DNA from: Candidatus Latescibacterota bacterium
GTDB lineage: Bacteria > Latescibacterota > UBA2968
NCBI GenBank assembly: GCA_965208125.1
Contig: OZ242320.1
Span: forward strand, 5,216,001 to 5,280,000
Direction of reading: 5' to 3'
DNA length: 64,000 bases
A program made the position numbers and the translations under genes. Each line of letters begins with the position of its first letter. Position 1 is the stretch's first letter. Shown here piece by piece: positions 18,274 through 26,816 of the stretch. The notes beneath the pieces were generated by a model. That model was not told the origin of the DNA and did no database searches. It saw only the letters and a list, made by a program, of their open reading frames with translations.

Positions 18274-18977
18274 TTTACCATAAACACCGTATCGCCACAA
18301 ACGAGATCAGCTGCGTTGGCATCGTCGGTATCCAGATGGAGTTCGGGCAAATAGCTTTCGTCAATTTTGAGACGCACATTGTCATATATAACGCCTTTCT
18401 CGCCTCCCACGCGCACCCTGACAGATTCCCGTCCTTGAAAGCCATAATCTATTACGTCAGATGGACGCAGATGAATGTGACGCGCCGCGCGGATAGCGGC
18501 GTTCATCGTGATAGATCCCCTGGGACCGATAAAAGTAACAGGTGGCGCATCTCTCAGGTCTCCCGAATCGCGCACAGGCGGATCAACGCCGATGTAGATG
18601 GCATCTGTTCGGGCGAGTTCAACCTGATTATAGTCGCGGCTGGGACCGAGAATCCGCACGCGCTCAATCGCGCGCAACCGGGGACCAACAACAGAGATGA
18701 CTTCCTCGGCGGCAAAAGCACCCGGCTGATAGAGCTCGCGATAAGGCGTTAAGGTGTGACCCTCACCAAAAAGAATCTCCAGGGTTTCGTCATCAACATG
18801 TGCATGTCGGGCAGATACACCTACGGAAATGGGAATTTCTGCGCCATCTCCACCGCGTATTTGGAGCACGACTTCTCGTGCAATGCGGTCAATCGCATCG
18901 CTTTCCCCGCTGTTTTGCCCGAAAGAACAAAGACCGCAGTCATCGCACACAGAGGCATTTTTTCGCATTGGAAGCAT
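18270..18977 (-). CDS. pduL: PduL phosphotransacylase with N-terminal CxxCxxC and encapsulation peptide
   Basis: VGVSARHAHV, LYQPGAFAAEE, VRILGP, QVELARTD, RDSGDL, ARHIH, LHLDTDDANA. Start at ATG 18977 or 18968. Confidence 0.92.
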   Translation of the reverse strand: MLPMRKNASVCDDCGLCSFGQNSGESDAIDRIAREVVLQIRGGDGAEIPISVGVSARHAHVDDETLEILFGEGHTLTPYRELYQPGAFAAEEVISVVGPRLRAIERVRILGPSRDYNQVELARTDAIYIGVDPPVRDSGDLRDAPPVTFIGPRGSITMNAAIRAARHIHLRPSDVIDYGFQGRESVRVRVGGEKGVIYDNVRLKIDESYLPELHLDTDDANAADLVCGDTVFMVK

Positions 18978-19016
18978 TGTCAAAGTTTTGTACCAGGTGC
19001 TGTTTACAAAAGGCGA

Positions 19017-19045
19017 AAAATAGCCCATGACTGCTGTAAAGTCAA
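19017..19045 (-). promoter_or_regulatory. Putative sigma-70 promoter of the BMC operon
   Basis: Minus strand TTGACT-17 bp-TATTTT, about 40 bp upstream of pduL. Confidence 0.5.
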
Positions 19046-19074
19046 GGTTAAACACGCGGGAAAAAGCGCAATGC

Positions 19075-19103
19075 TTGACAAGTACCGCGCTTTGAACCAA
19101 ATT
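19075..19103 (+). promoter_or_regulatory. Putative sigma-70 promoter of the wzi/glycan operon (divergent from the BMC promoter)
   Basis: TTGACA-17 bp-CAAATT. Confidence 0.45.
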
Positions 19104-19116
19104 CAGAGAAACCGCT

Positions 19117-20751
19117 TTGTTTTTCCTAATCGTGAGAAATATACACTTGCTACTCAGATTACTCACCTGCATCCCCATATTTTTTTTTCTCGCCAGTCCA
19201 GTGATAGGCGAAGATGCCTCGCCCGATATCCCACTGCACCATCCCGTGTATCCCCTTTTAGATCGCCTGAATGCGCGAGGTTGGATTGCCGTGCCCGATA
19301 CACGGCCCTTGACCCGGATACAAGTTGCACAGATACTCTCCGCCGTATCAAATCAATCGATGTCGCCAACCGAGGGCGGCCTCGTCAATCGATACATCGC
19401 AGAATTGGAAAATCGCGCGGCTTTTGCACGCGAACCCCGGTGGGTCTGGCGCGACTCTACGGCATCCGTCATTCTCGAACCACTGGTGAGACAACAGGTG
19501 ATTGCGCGCAGGGGCGATGGATTTGTGAACGAAACCGCGTCGCAAACCTATATTGGCGGTTCTGTGCGCGGGCGATTCCACACATTGGGATTTTATGCCC
19601 GCCACTTTGAGGCCCGCGAATGGAGCAACCAACCGCGTCTTCGCCGAGAAGATGTGCTGGCCCACCCCATTGAAGACGTGCAACTCAAGGGCAAAAAGGC
19701 GGACTTCCGCGAAAGCGCGTTTCAACTGGCCTGGGCAAATTCATGGATGCGTATAGATGCGGGCAAGGGAAGCCTGAATTGGGGACCTGGGCGCACGGGA
19801 AATTTATTGCTCTCCAACAACGCACCATCTTATGGCCTGTTTCGGTTGCAGGCATCACACGGGCGATTGCGCTATACTCACATCGCTTCATCGCTGCGCG
19901 CACGCCCGGGCTTAATCGACACAACGCGACGGTGGATAGATAACGGGCATGTGCGCATCTTTTTACGGCAAAAACGACTGGCCGCGCACCGACTGGAGAT
20001 TGCATTCTCAAAGGTGCGAATTGGGTTGCATGAAGCCGTGGTATATGGTGACCGAGGATTTGAACTGCTCTACGTTCTGCCGGTGGCCGTATTTGCCGGA
20101 ACGCAAAACCACCTGGGAAATCGCGACAATCTCGTAATTGGAGCCGATATATCGGTTCGCATACGGACGGGACTGACGCTTTATGGCGCATGGTTTTTCG
20201 ACGATATGGTCAAATTTGATCCCGATGCATTTTCAAACCAATTCGCCTTTCAAGTGGGCGCGTTCTGGGTTGATCCTATGGGCTTGCGAGATACTGATGT
20301 GCGCGCCGAATACGTGCGCGTGGAGCCTTATGTGTACGCGCACAATTTTGACATCAATACGTATGAACACTACGACACCCTGTTGGGCTATCCAACCGGG
20401 CCAAATGCAGACCGCTATTTTGCACAAGTGACACACCGTTTTTCTCCGAGCCTGAATGCGTCTTTAACTTTTGAAAGAGAGCGGCAAGGGGAAAACCCAG
20501 TAAACCCAGATGGAACAGTTGTCAATGTGGGAGGCAACGCACAACTGGGGCGTCGGTTACAGGATGCACCCACGCGAGACTTTATGTCGGGCGATGTGGA
20601 GACACACAAAAAAATAGGTGGCCGCGTGGTATTTACACCCGTGAGAAATTGGACTTTACAGGTACAATATCAACGCCATCGCATTATAACGCAGCAAAAT
20701 AGGGCAACGGGACATGAATGGACAGCGACAATGGATGTGAACTTCTATTAA
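19117..20751 (+). CDS. Capsule assembly Wzi-family outer-membrane protein
   Basis: Signal peptide, DIPLHHPVYPLLDRL, WGPGRTGNLLLSNNAP, AHRLE, LGYPTGPNAD, aromatic C-terminus. Start may be GTG 19132. Confidence 0.75.
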   Translation: MFFLIVRNIHLLLRLLTCIPIFFFLASPVIGEDASPDIPLHHPVYPLLDRLNARGWIAVPDTRPLTRIQVAQILSAVSNQSMSPTEGGLVNRYIAELENRAAFAREPRWVWRDSTASVILEPLVRQQVIARRGDGFVNETASQTYIGGSVRGRFHTLGFYARHFEAREWSNQPRLRREDVLAHPIEDVQLKGKKADFRESAFQLAWANSWMRIDAGKGSLNWGPGRTGNLLLSNNAPSYGLFRLQASHGRLRYTHIASSLRARPGLIDTTRRWIDNGHVRIFLRQKRLAAHRLEIAFSKVRIGLHEAVVYGDRGFELLYVLPVAVFAGTQNHLGNRDNLVIGADISVRIRTGLTLYGAWFFDDMVKFDPDAFSNQFAFQVGAFWVDPMGLRDTDVRAEYVRVEPYVYAHNFDINTYEHYDTLLGYPTGPNADRYFAQVTHRFSPSLNASLTFERERQGENPVNPDGTVVNVGGNAQLGRRLQDAPTRDFMSGDVETHKKIGGRVVFTPVRNWTLQVQYQRHRIITQQNRATGHEWTATMDVNFY

Positions 20752-20760
20752 AACAAGCGA

Positions 20761-20842
20761 TCAGCAGTCAGCAAAACCAAAAACGCAGGCTTTTGGGCGG
20801 TTGAGTGGTGTGCTGATAGCTGAAAGCTGATGGCTGAAAGCT
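20761..20842. repeat. Intergenic element with inverted heptamer ends, copy 2 (inverted)
   Basis: Reverse complement shares 23 bp (agctttcagccatcagctttcag) and 16 bp (ttttgctgactgctga) exactly with the element at 17314-17400; the middles differ. Confidence 0.75.
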
Positions 20843-20855
20843 ACAGGAAAGAAAG

Positions 20856-22022
20856 ATGAATCACCGCCAGTACCTGTGGGGCCTGCTCGCGTTCGCATTA
20901 TTATTGCGCGTAGGCTTTGGGTTGACGCAATCCGATTTGACCAATGCATCTGATGAGGTACATTGGGATCGCCTGGGGCAGGCTTATGTCACGCTGGGCA
21001 TTTTGCATCCCGATACCGGAATTTATCGCCCCCCATTATACGGCTTATTTCTGGCAGGTATGTATCGTACATTTGGTCACAACCTCTTCCCGGTGCGGAT
21101 TGTCCAGGCCATCATGGGCACAATCACATGCTATCTCATCTATATTCTGGGCTGTAAAATGGGTGAGGTATTGGTCGGTCTGGTCGCTGCGGGCTTATTC
21201 GCTATTTATCCGTTATTTGTATTTTTTTCGGGCGTGTTGATGGCCGAAACCCTCCTGATTTTGTTGACGACTATTGGCTTTGTGTCTTGTATTCAATTTT
21301 GGCAAAAGAGCACCGTCACTATGGCGATGATATTTGGCGGGATTGTGGGGCTGTCCGCACTTTGCAAGCCCGTTTTATTGCCCTGGTTGCCACCTCTCCT
21401 CTTTTTCTGGTGGCGAAAATCGCGCCTGACACCTGCACAAAAAGCATCGCGCGTACTAACCGTAATCGGTGCACTCTGTCTGATTATTTTGCCGTGGACA
21501 GCACGCAATCATATCATCTCGGGCGAATTTGTTCCCATCTCGGCCAATTTGGGAATCAACTTACTGGTGGGGGCACACCCCGAGGGACGCGGCATTTACG
21601 ACAATCACATCGATTATCTGACACTTTATCACACACTGTCCGACACATCTCAGGGTGCAGCGGCCGACCGCCGCGTCGCGGGCATTGTGATAGAGTGGAT
21701 AATCGCGCAACCACTGCACTATCTGAGTTTGAGCATTGATAAACTGCTCTATTTTTGGTGCCCCTGGGTTCCGGGAGAGCCGCCATTATACAACGCGATT
21801 GCCCTGCTTTCCTGTACTCCACTCCTGATACTGGGCCTTGTCGGCACATTTAGCCAACGCTACAGACCCGAAGGTCTGGCACTTATTCTACTGATAATTT
21901 GCATGTCACTATTGCACATGGTATTCTTTGTCCATACGCGTTTTCGGCTACCCATTGATGCTGTTTTGTGCGCGCCGGCTGCGTGGATATGCATACAGTG
22001 GATTAATCGGACGGAACGGTAA
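20856..22022 (+). CDS. GT-C fold glycosyltransferase (GT39/ArnT-like)
   Basis: Polytopic membrane protein, SDE in the first loop, YRPPLY, MAETL, PWTARN, RFRLP. Confidence 0.8.
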   Translation: MNHRQYLWGLLAFALLLRVGFGLTQSDLTNASDEVHWDRLGQAYVTLGILHPDTGIYRPPLYGLFLAGMYRTFGHNLFPVRIVQAIMGTITCYLIYILGCKMGEVLVGLVAAGLFAIYPLFVFFSGVLMAETLLILLTTIGFVSCIQFWQKSTVTMAMIFGGIVGLSALCKPVLLPWLPPLLFFWWRKSRLTPAQKASRVLTVIGALCLIILPWTARNHIISGEFVPISANLGINLLVGAHPEGRGIYDNHIDYLTLYHTLSDTSQGAAADRRVAGIVIEWIIAQPLHYLSLSIDKLLYFWCPWVPGEPPLYNAIALLSCTPLLILGLVGTFSQRYRPEGLALILLIICMSLLHMVFFVHTRFRLPIDAVLCAPAAWICIQWINRTER

Positions 22023-22028
22023 TTGTAA

Positions 22029-23267
22029 ATGCGCGCAGCAATGCACACACGCGGAAATCGAGTTTTGCTGTATATCGTTATCTGTGGCGTTCTATTATTG
22101 TCTCTATGGGTTGCTATTTTTGGGTTTCCATCATTCAGGCAATTTTGGAATATGCCACAAACGCCCCTCATCTTTGCCGACTCACACACCATTATAACCA
22201 GTGCAGATTCGCATGCTTTGGGCTACGACCCGATGTTTGAAAATATCGCAGACCCTTATGGCAGAGAGATGAACTATCCAAGAATCTGGCAATGCCTGTT
22301 TTGGCTGCCAATCAACAGCGATCACCTGGTACTTTTGGCTGGAACTTTTATCCTGCTGTTTTTTGTCGGTATTTTTTTATTTTTAAAAACAATTGATACC
22401 CAAACAACTCTGTTTTTGGGCGCTGTGACGTTTTCACCTTCAGCGATTTTCGGGCTGCAATCAGGCAACAACGATCTCGTTATCTTTTTTTTTGTCGCAC
22501 TGGCATTGAGGTTGGGGTATCGCTCGAAACTTTGGGGATCAATCGCGATGTTCTTCGCAGCTATTCTGAAGGTATTTCCAATTTTTGGATTGGCGCAGCT
22601 TTTGACAGAAGATAAACGCGACTTCTGGCGACTTTTGATACCACTTACCGCACTATTTCTGATCTACTGCTGGATATCGCTCGATGATTTTCGGCAAATT
22701 TACAGTGTAACACCTCGGGGACGCAGTGGTGCTTATGGCGTGTATGTTCTGCCCATGATGATTGAGAAAACCCTGAAAAAGTGGACAATTTTTCCCGACT
22801 TGCGCACATGGATAATTGCGGCAGCACCGATATTTTTTTACGGCATTGCCGGTTTGATCTTTATGATTTCGCTTTACGCGCTGGTTAACAAAAACACCTC
22901 GTCTCGACCGGTTGCGGGGGTACATATCAGTCCATTTCGAGTAGGAGCGTGTATTTACATCGGCAGCTTTTTGCTCGCCAGTAACTGGAATTATCGGATG
23001 ATCTTTCTCATTTTTACCATTCCCCAACTCTTTGCATGGTTGTCCATTGCAGATATCCGGCTTTCGCGCATTCTTCGGATCACCCTGATCGGTATTTTGT
23101 TTTCCTGCTGGTCAATGTTTATACAGGGTATTTTGGGATCGTACATTTTTATACTGGACGAGATTGCTAATTGGGTCGTTTTTGCTGGACTCATATACCT
23201 ATTTCTCGCATCCCTGCCCAACTGGCTGTTCGATGCTCTGCTATATCTCGTTCCTATTCGACGATAA
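22029..23267 (+). CDS. GT-C fold membrane protein (GT87-like)
   Basis: Polytopic; DPYGREMNYPRIW, GNNDL, LKVFPI, NWNYR. Confidence 0.6.
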   Translation: MRAAMHTRGNRVLLYIVICGVLLLSLWVAIFGFPSFRQFWNMPQTPLIFADSHTIITSADSHALGYDPMFENIADPYGREMNYPRIWQCLFWLPINSDHLVLLAGTFILLFFVGIFLFLKTIDTQTTLFLGAVTFSPSAIFGLQSGNNDLVIFFFVALALRLGYRSKLWGSIAMFFAAILKVFPIFGLAQLLTEDKRDFWRLLIPLTALFLIYCWISLDDFRQIYSVTPRGRSGAYGVYVLPMMIEKTLKKWTIFPDLRTWIIAAAPIFFYGIAGLIFMISLYALVNKNTSSRPVAGVHISPFRVGACIYIGSFLLASNWNYRMIFLIFTIPQLFAWLSIADIRLSRILRITLIGILFSCWSMFIQGILGSYIFILDEIANWVVFAGLIYLFLASLPNWLFDALLYLVPIRR

Positions 23268-23310
23268 TTGAGACGCGAATAAAGCAATCCATTGGAAATT
23301 TTTTTATTTT

Positions 23311-24705
23311 ATGACGCTTCGAACAGATTTTTTTAACCCTGCAAAACCTCACCTGTTGGTTCTCATGTGTTTGGGGCAGGTCCTGTTAATTGCACTGCCG
23401 TTTTTGATAAATGACGCGCTTGCAGTGATTCTTGTATTGAGCTTATTGTCAGCAATTGCGCTTTTTGGATCTCTCACACTGTCAGTACTCTATTTGTGTT
23501 TCACCGCTGCGGTTGTGCCTTCCTGGTTCTATGAATACTATCTGATTTTGCCTCTGGACTTCAAATTCTATGAAGGACTTCTCGTCGTGGTAATGGGCAT
23601 TGCCTATCTCAACTATTTGTTGGAAGGCCGATGGAATTGGCGACAGCATACGTTTTTGGATCGACCAATGTGCGTATTGCTGGGACTGGTCGTACTTTCC
23701 TGCTTGTTGGGATTGATATACGGACAATCGATCTCGCAAATGTTGCGCGACGTGCGCTATCCATTGTACTACACACTGTTTTTTGTGGTAACATGGTTTT
23801 TTGATGTGCGGAGGTTCTCCACATTCCTGCATTTGTTTTTGCTCATCGCCGCAATTGTCGGCATCGAGTATTTGTTTGAATTCCTTTTGCAGGTCGATAC
23901 GGACATTGCGGGCGGTTTTGTTCGGGTCGCACGACTTGAAGGCATTGTGTTGCCAATGGGTATGCTCATTATCGCCGCCATTTTGTTATTTGAAACGCGG
24001 GCGTACAGGCGCGCCTGGGCGTGGAGCGCGATATTGCCCATCGGGTTGGCTCTGGTTTTGACAATGGGACGGGGCATGTGGATTTCGCTATTCGTCGGAC
24101 TGGGCAGTCTGGCCGCATTGACCATCCTGGATAAGCAGGCTGCGACGCGAAGCCTGTCGCGTCTTTTTGTCGTGGCACTGGTCCCCTTGCTGCTGCTGGT
24201 GATGGGTTATGTTTTTCAGCAACAAACCCGTGCTGCCGTAAGTGATATCGCACTGGATCGCGTGACGCGCAGCGTCGAAGCCGTAAGTGGACGGTTGATA
24301 TCTTATGGCAACGCACTGGAAAAAATTCGTCAACGTCCTTTGCTCGGAGGCGGACACGGTGAAACTGTAACGTCTTTGGTGACATTTCCACCACCGCCAC
24401 AGATATTGACTGTAGGCGCAGTTGACAATGTTTATTTAACTATTGGTATGCGGATGGGACTGGTCGGTGTCGCGGTGTTTTTGTGGGTCTTTGGTTTTGC
24501 CCTCTGGCGTGCGTATCTATTATTCCAGCGAAGTTCTGATACCCGCGTGCGTCTGTTTTGCGCGTCATTTATCGCCATTTACGCAGCACTCCTCGTCTAT
24601 GGCATGGCAGATGCAACCCTCTTTGCCAATCGGTTGATCTTTATCCATGCGACATTTTTGGGACTTATTGCGCGGCTGGTAGCAGAGGAAAAAAATAATG
24701 TCTGA
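23311..24705 (+). CDS. O-antigen ligase / Wzy_C family protein
   Basis: Polytopic; LTMGRGMW, RPLLGGGHG, VDNVYL...GLVG (the usual HN motif reads DN). Confidence 0.75.
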   Translation: MTLRTDFFNPAKPHLLVLMCLGQVLLIALPFLINDALAVILVLSLLSAIALFGSLTLSVLYLCFTAAVVPSWFYEYYLILPLDFKFYEGLLVVVMGIAYLNYLLEGRWNWRQHTFLDRPMCVLLGLVVLSCLLGLIYGQSISQMLRDVRYPLYYTLFFVVTWFFDVRRFSTFLHLFLLIAAIVGIEYLFEFLLQVDTDIAGGFVRVARLEGIVLPMGMLIIAAILLFETRAYRRAWAWSAILPIGLALVLTMGRGMWISLFVGLGSLAALTILDKQAATRSLSRLFVVALVPLLLLVMGYVFQQQTRAAVSDIALDRVTRSVEAVSGRLISYGNALEKIRQRPLLGGGHGETVTSLVTFPPPPQILTVGAVDNVYLTIGMRMGLVGVAVFLWVFGFALWRAYLLFQRSSDTRVRLFCASFIAIYAALLVYGMADATLFANRLIFIHATFLGLIARLVAEEKNNV

Positions 24706-25645
24706 ATGTGTGACAGCAATAGTGGTCAACTGGAATGCCGGAGAAAATCTGGCGCAGTGCATTGCCGCATTACTCGATCAGCGTGGAACGGATCTCGATG
24801 TGGTCGTAGTCGATAACGCATCGTCGGACAATAGCCTGGAGGCACTGGAAATTTATGGCGACCGCGTGCGCGTGATTCAAACCGGTGCAAATCTGGGCTT
24901 CGGGAGCGCAGTGAATCGCGGTGTGGCTGTCTCGCACACCGCGATTGTCATAGCCATGAATCCCGATGTCGTATTGCAACCAGACGCAGTGAATACGATG
25001 GTCGAATTTTTGAACACACACGCCAATGTGGGCATGATAGGTCCGAAACTTAAAGACGCGGATGGACAGGTACTCGCATCGTGCGGTGAAGCGCCCAGAC
25101 TCAGAGATGAAATCTGTCGTAAATTCCTATTGCATCTAATATTTCCATTGCTTAAATTTCGGCGGCGAAGGCCCACCAAACCCGAAGCCGTAGCCTGGGT
25201 AACCGGGGCGTGTTTCGCGGTTCGTCGCCGCGTGCTGGATGCTGTCAACGGGTTGGACGAGGCCATTTTTATGTATTACGAAGATGTAGATCTCGGCCTG
25301 TGCATCAACCGCGCTGGCTGGCAGGTCATGTATTTGCCCCACGCCGAAGGCATACACATTGGAGGCGAAAGTTCCAAACAGGCATTGACGCGGATGCTCG
25401 TGGTCAGCGAAGCGTCTTATGCCTATTTTATTGCCAAACATCTGGGGCAATGGGCCGAGCGCTTGCTCAGGCTCCTCCGCCCCATCGAAATGACATTGCG
25501 CACATTGCTCTGGGGAAGTGTGTTTTTACTCGCCCACAGCCGTCGCACAGAGGCGCGAGCGCGTTTGCGGGCTTACTGGTTTATACTGACTAAAAGCATG
25601 TCAGCACATGCCTTAACTCACGGTGTTGTGGAGGAAGGTCCATGA
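24698..25645 (+). CDS. Glycosyltransferase family 2 (rhamnosyltransferase-like)
   Basis: VVNWN, VVDNASSD, NLGFG, NPD, WVTGAC, FMYYEDVDL. Confidence 0.9.
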   Translation: MSECVTAIVVNWNAGENLAQCIAALLDQRGTDLDVVVVDNASSDNSLEALEIYGDRVRVIQTGANLGFGSAVNRGVAVSHTAIVIAMNPDVVLQPDAVNTMVEFLNTHANVGMIGPKLKDADGQVLASCGEAPRLRDEICRKFLLHLIFPLLKFRRRRPTKPEAVAWVTGACFAVRRRVLDAVNGLDEAIFMYYEDVDLGLCINRAGWQVMYLPHAEGIHIGGESSKQALTRMLVVSEASYAYFIAKHLGQWAERLLRLLRPIEMTLRTLLWGSVFLLAHSRRTEARARLRAYWFILTKSMSAHALTHGVVEEGP

Positions 25646-26748
25646 TTCCCATTTTTCGTCCATGGTTTGACGACGCAGAAGTCGAAGCTGTCCGCGAGGT
25701 ATTGATGTCTGGTTGGGTCGGTCCCGGGGAAAAAGTCGAAGAACTCGAAGCGCGATTTGCCCATTATGTGGGGGCACAACACGCCGTATCTGTCAACTCG
25801 TGCTCTGCAGCCCTTCTGCTGGCTTTGAAGATACTGGACATAGAGGGAGGCGAAGTCATTACCACACCACTGACCTTTGTATCGACCAACCACGCAATAT
25901 TGCAAAATGGAGCCACACCGGTGTTTTGCGACATAGATCCCGAAACACTCAATATCGATCCAAAAGCAATTGCCGCTAAAATCACGCCGCGCACCCGAGC
26001 GATTATGGTCGTACATTTTGCCGGTCATCCCTGCGACATGGATGAGATTCTATCCATCGCAAATGGGATCCCAGTCGTAGAAGACGCCGCACACGCCAGC
26101 GGCGCGCGTTACAAAGATCGGATGATTGGTGGGGTAGGCACAGTGACGTGTTTTAGTTTTGACGCGCGCAAAAATTTGTCAACATGCGATGGGGGGATGT
26201 TGACCACCAATAATTCGGACCTCGCCGAACGCGCGCGAAAATTGCGCTGGATGGGAATCTCGCGCGGAACTTATGATCGTTTTCGAAAAAATGGCGCAGA
26301 GCACCGATGGGAATACGAAGTGGGCGAACTCGGCTATAAATGCTATATGAATGATCTCAATGCGGCAATTGGTCTGGTGCAATTGGGCAAATTGGAGTCA
26401 GCCAATGCACAACGCCGGGAGATTTTTTTGCAGTACGGACGTGCATTTTCCGCCCTCGACTGGATGCAAACACCTGTAGAAAAAACCCAGGTTCGCAGCG
26501 CAATGCACGCTTATGTGGCGCGCGTACCCCAGCGCGATGAATTGATAGATCATCTGGGGCAACACAACATCGATGCGGGCGTACACTACAAACCCTGCCA
26601 TTTATTTGAAGTGTACAAACCCTATCGCACGGACTTGCCCGTCACTGATGCCGTGTGGCGCAATCTGGTCACGCTACCCCTATTCCCAAGCATGACCAAA
26701 AGCGAAATTGGACAAGTCATCGCAGCAGTAAAGAAGTTTGAAGTTTGA
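25642..26748 (+). CDS. DegT/DnrJ/EryC1/StrS nucleotide-sugar aminotransferase
   Basis: NSCSAAL, TFVST, VEDAAHA, FSFDARKNL (PLP lysine), DGGML, LPLFP. Confidence 0.92.
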   Translation: MIPIFRPWFDDAEVEAVREVLMSGWVGPGEKVEELEARFAHYVGAQHAVSVNSCSAALLLALKILDIEGGEVITTPLTFVSTNHAILQNGATPVFCDIDPETLNIDPKAIAAKITPRTRAIMVVHFAGHPCDMDEILSIANGIPVVEDAAHASGARYKDRMIGGVGTVTCFSFDARKNLSTCDGGMLTTNNSDLAERARKLRWMGISRGTYDRFRKNGAEHRWEYEVGELGYKCYMNDLNAAIGLVQLGKLESANAQRREIFLQYGRAFSALDWMQTPVEKTQVRSAMHAYVARVPQRDELIDHLGQHNIDAGVHYKPCHLFEVYKPYRTDLPVTDAVWRNLVTLPLFPSMTKSEIGQVIAAVKKFEV

Positions 26749-26815
26749 AATCCACCCTACACCGCCCCAAGACCGTTGCTTCACCTCACCCTTCACACTT
26801 CCTACTTCACACTTC
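26733..26815. repeat. Heptamer tandem repeats with inverted arms (GAAGTTT ... CTTCACA)
   Basis: gaagtttgaagtttgaa ... cttcacacttcctacttcacacttc; resembles the repeats at 8166-8197. Confidence 0.5.
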
Positions 26816-26816
26816 T

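Noticed and set aside
13121-18977. Choline/ethanolamine/propanediol-type BMC
   Set aside because: No glycyl-radical enzyme, ammonia-lyase or diol dehydratase; the signature enzyme is a class II aldolase.
18978-19178. Long N-terminal extension of PduL in the ORF track
   Set aside because: Overlaps the divergent promoters and the wzi start; downstream ATGs fit better.
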